From the NCBI GenBank assembly GCA_004297165.1, contig SCUJ01000011.1, positions 128,095-192,094 on the forward strand: a stretch of 64,000 nt of DNA. Direction: 5' to 3'. Of the stretch, positions 62,998 to 64,000 are shown one piece after another. The DNA comes from Gammaproteobacteria bacterium (lineage in GTDB: Bacteria; Pseudomonadota; Gammaproteobacteria; Eutrophobiales; Eutrophobiaceae). Positions within the stretch are counted from its first letter, which is position 1, and each line of letters starts with the position of its first letter. The notes below the pieces were generated by a model. It saw only the letters and a list, made by a program, of their open reading frames with translations, was not told the origin of the DNA and ran no database searches. A program made the position numbers and the translations under genes.

Positions 62998-64000
62998 GTG
63001 AAAGCAAATCGAGCCATCATTCCCACCCTGGTCATGGGTCTGTCATTGACCTGGCTGCCGGCTGTTCTGGCCCAGGCCCCGGTCGCCCAACCGCGCTCGG
63101 AAACCGTGGCGCAGCGCCTGGATCGGATTGAACAACTCCTGAAAAGCCAGGGTTTGATTGAACTGCTCCAACAGACCGAACGCCTGCAACAGGAGGTGGC
63201 CAGGCTGCGCGGGGACATCGAGTTGCAGAATCACAATATGGCTCAGGTGCAGAGCCGCCTGCAGGCCCTCTACTCCGACATCGATCAACGCCTCCAGCGT
63301 CTCGAAGGCGGCGCCGGTATCGCGTCCACGGGCGCCCCCGGCGAGATCCCCGCCATGCAAGGTGAGGTCAACCCGCCCCTGCAAACCCTGACCCCGGTCA
63401 CCGGCCCGGATCAGTCCATGATGCTGAACACGCAAACGAATGCGCTGGATGGCGGCAATCTCGAGATCGAGACCATCCCTTCGGCCGCGGTCGGCGCTAC
63501 GGCAACGGGCGTCACCGGGGCGACGGGATCCGCGCCAGTCATGACCCCTCCTGTCACAGAAGGGAATGCCAATCTCGTCACCGGCGCTATCGTCAATGAA
63601 ACGCCAGGGATCACCCCTGCCGCACCGGTGGATAGCGCACCCGTGATTGAAGGCGAAGCAGTGATCGAGGCGGATCCCGCGCTGGTGCAGGCCGATTACG
63701 ACGCGGCCTTCGCCCTCCTCAAGGAAGGACAATACGAGCAATCCATAGCGGCCTTCCGCACCTTCCTCGGCAAGTATCCCACGGCGCAATTCTCGGACAA
63801 CGCGCAATACTGGCTCGGCGAATCCTTCTATGTCATGCGGCAGTTCGAGAATGCCATCGCCGAGTACGAGCGGCTCACCAACAATTACCCGCAAAGCCAG
63901 AAATACACCCACGCCCTGTTGAAGATCGGTTACAGCTATCAGGAGCTCGGGCTCATCAACGAGGCCCGGCAATACCTGGAGATGCTGGTCAAACAATACC
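62998..64000 (+). CDS. cpoB: Tol-Pal cell-division coordinator CpoB (YbgF), partial (continues past window end)
   Basis: Plus-strand frame from GTG 62998 is open to the window end: signal peptide, coiled-coil (QRLDRIEQLLKSQGLIELLQQTERLQQEVARLRGDIE), then TPR region (YDAAFALLKEGQYEQSIAAFRTFLGKYPTAQFSDNAQYWLGESFY). Not in the ORF track because no stop falls in the window. Confidence 0.75.
   Translation, partial: MKANRAIIPTLVMGLSLTWLPAVLAQAPVAQPRSETVAQRLDRIEQLLKSQGLIELLQQTERLQQEVARLRGDIELQNHNMAQVQSRLQALYSDIDQRLQRLEGGAGIASTGAPGEIPAMQGEVNPPLQTLTPVTGPDQSMMLNTQTNALDGGNLEIETIPSAAVGATATGVTGATGSAPVMTPPVTEGNANLVTGAIVNETPGITPAAPVDSAPVIEGEAVIEADPALVQADYDAAFALLKEGQYEQSIAAFRTFLGKYPTAQFSDNAQYWLGESFYVMRQFENAIAEYERLTNNYPQSQKYTHALLKIGYSYQELGLINEARQYLEMLVKQY

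Overview
High-GC (about 60-65%) chromosomal segment from a Gram-negative bacterium. The gene order (leuS-lptE-holA-nadD-rsfS-rlmH, yebC-ruvCAB, ybgC-tolQRAB-pal-cpoB) looks gammaproteobacterial. The backbone is housekeeping but is rich in phosphorus metabolism: a single-strand array ppk-phoU-pstBACS-phoRB next to an OprO/P-type porin, a second pstS paralog, a DUF47-Pit pair, a membrane H+-pyrophosphatase adjacent to a PPi-dependent phosphofructokinase, and an NrtR-nadA pair. Two regions look horizontally acquired. The first is a low-GC islet at about 12.9-17.1 kb carrying a small HTH protein, an SPPY-type DNA methyltransferase and a convergent putative restriction endonuclease (candidate Type II R-M), flanked by a GGDEF cyclase and an XRE regulator. 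The second is a roughly 12-kb defence island (43.3-55.5 kb) inserted between nadA/hydrolase and yebC-ruvCAB, carrying a Type I R-M system. Its hsdM-hsdS genes are translationally coupled to three embedded genes: a Dam-family orphan MTase, a ParB/DGQHR-like protein and a hypothetical with a PD-(D/E)xK-like motif. A second coupled operon (RhuM N-terminal fragment, AlbA_2/Schlafen-like ATP-binding protein, hsdR) follows. HsdR carries a C-terminal LexA/UmuD-like S24 autopeptidase domain with a conserved Ala-Gly cleavage site and Ser/Lys dyad, which I consider the most novel feature in the window. The AlbA_2 gene contains five perfect 12-bp repeats, each with a C6 tract. Several intrinsic terminators, a good Pho box upstream of phoB, a 21-bp palindrome upstream of nrtR and a dispersed 19-nt intergenic repeat are also described.
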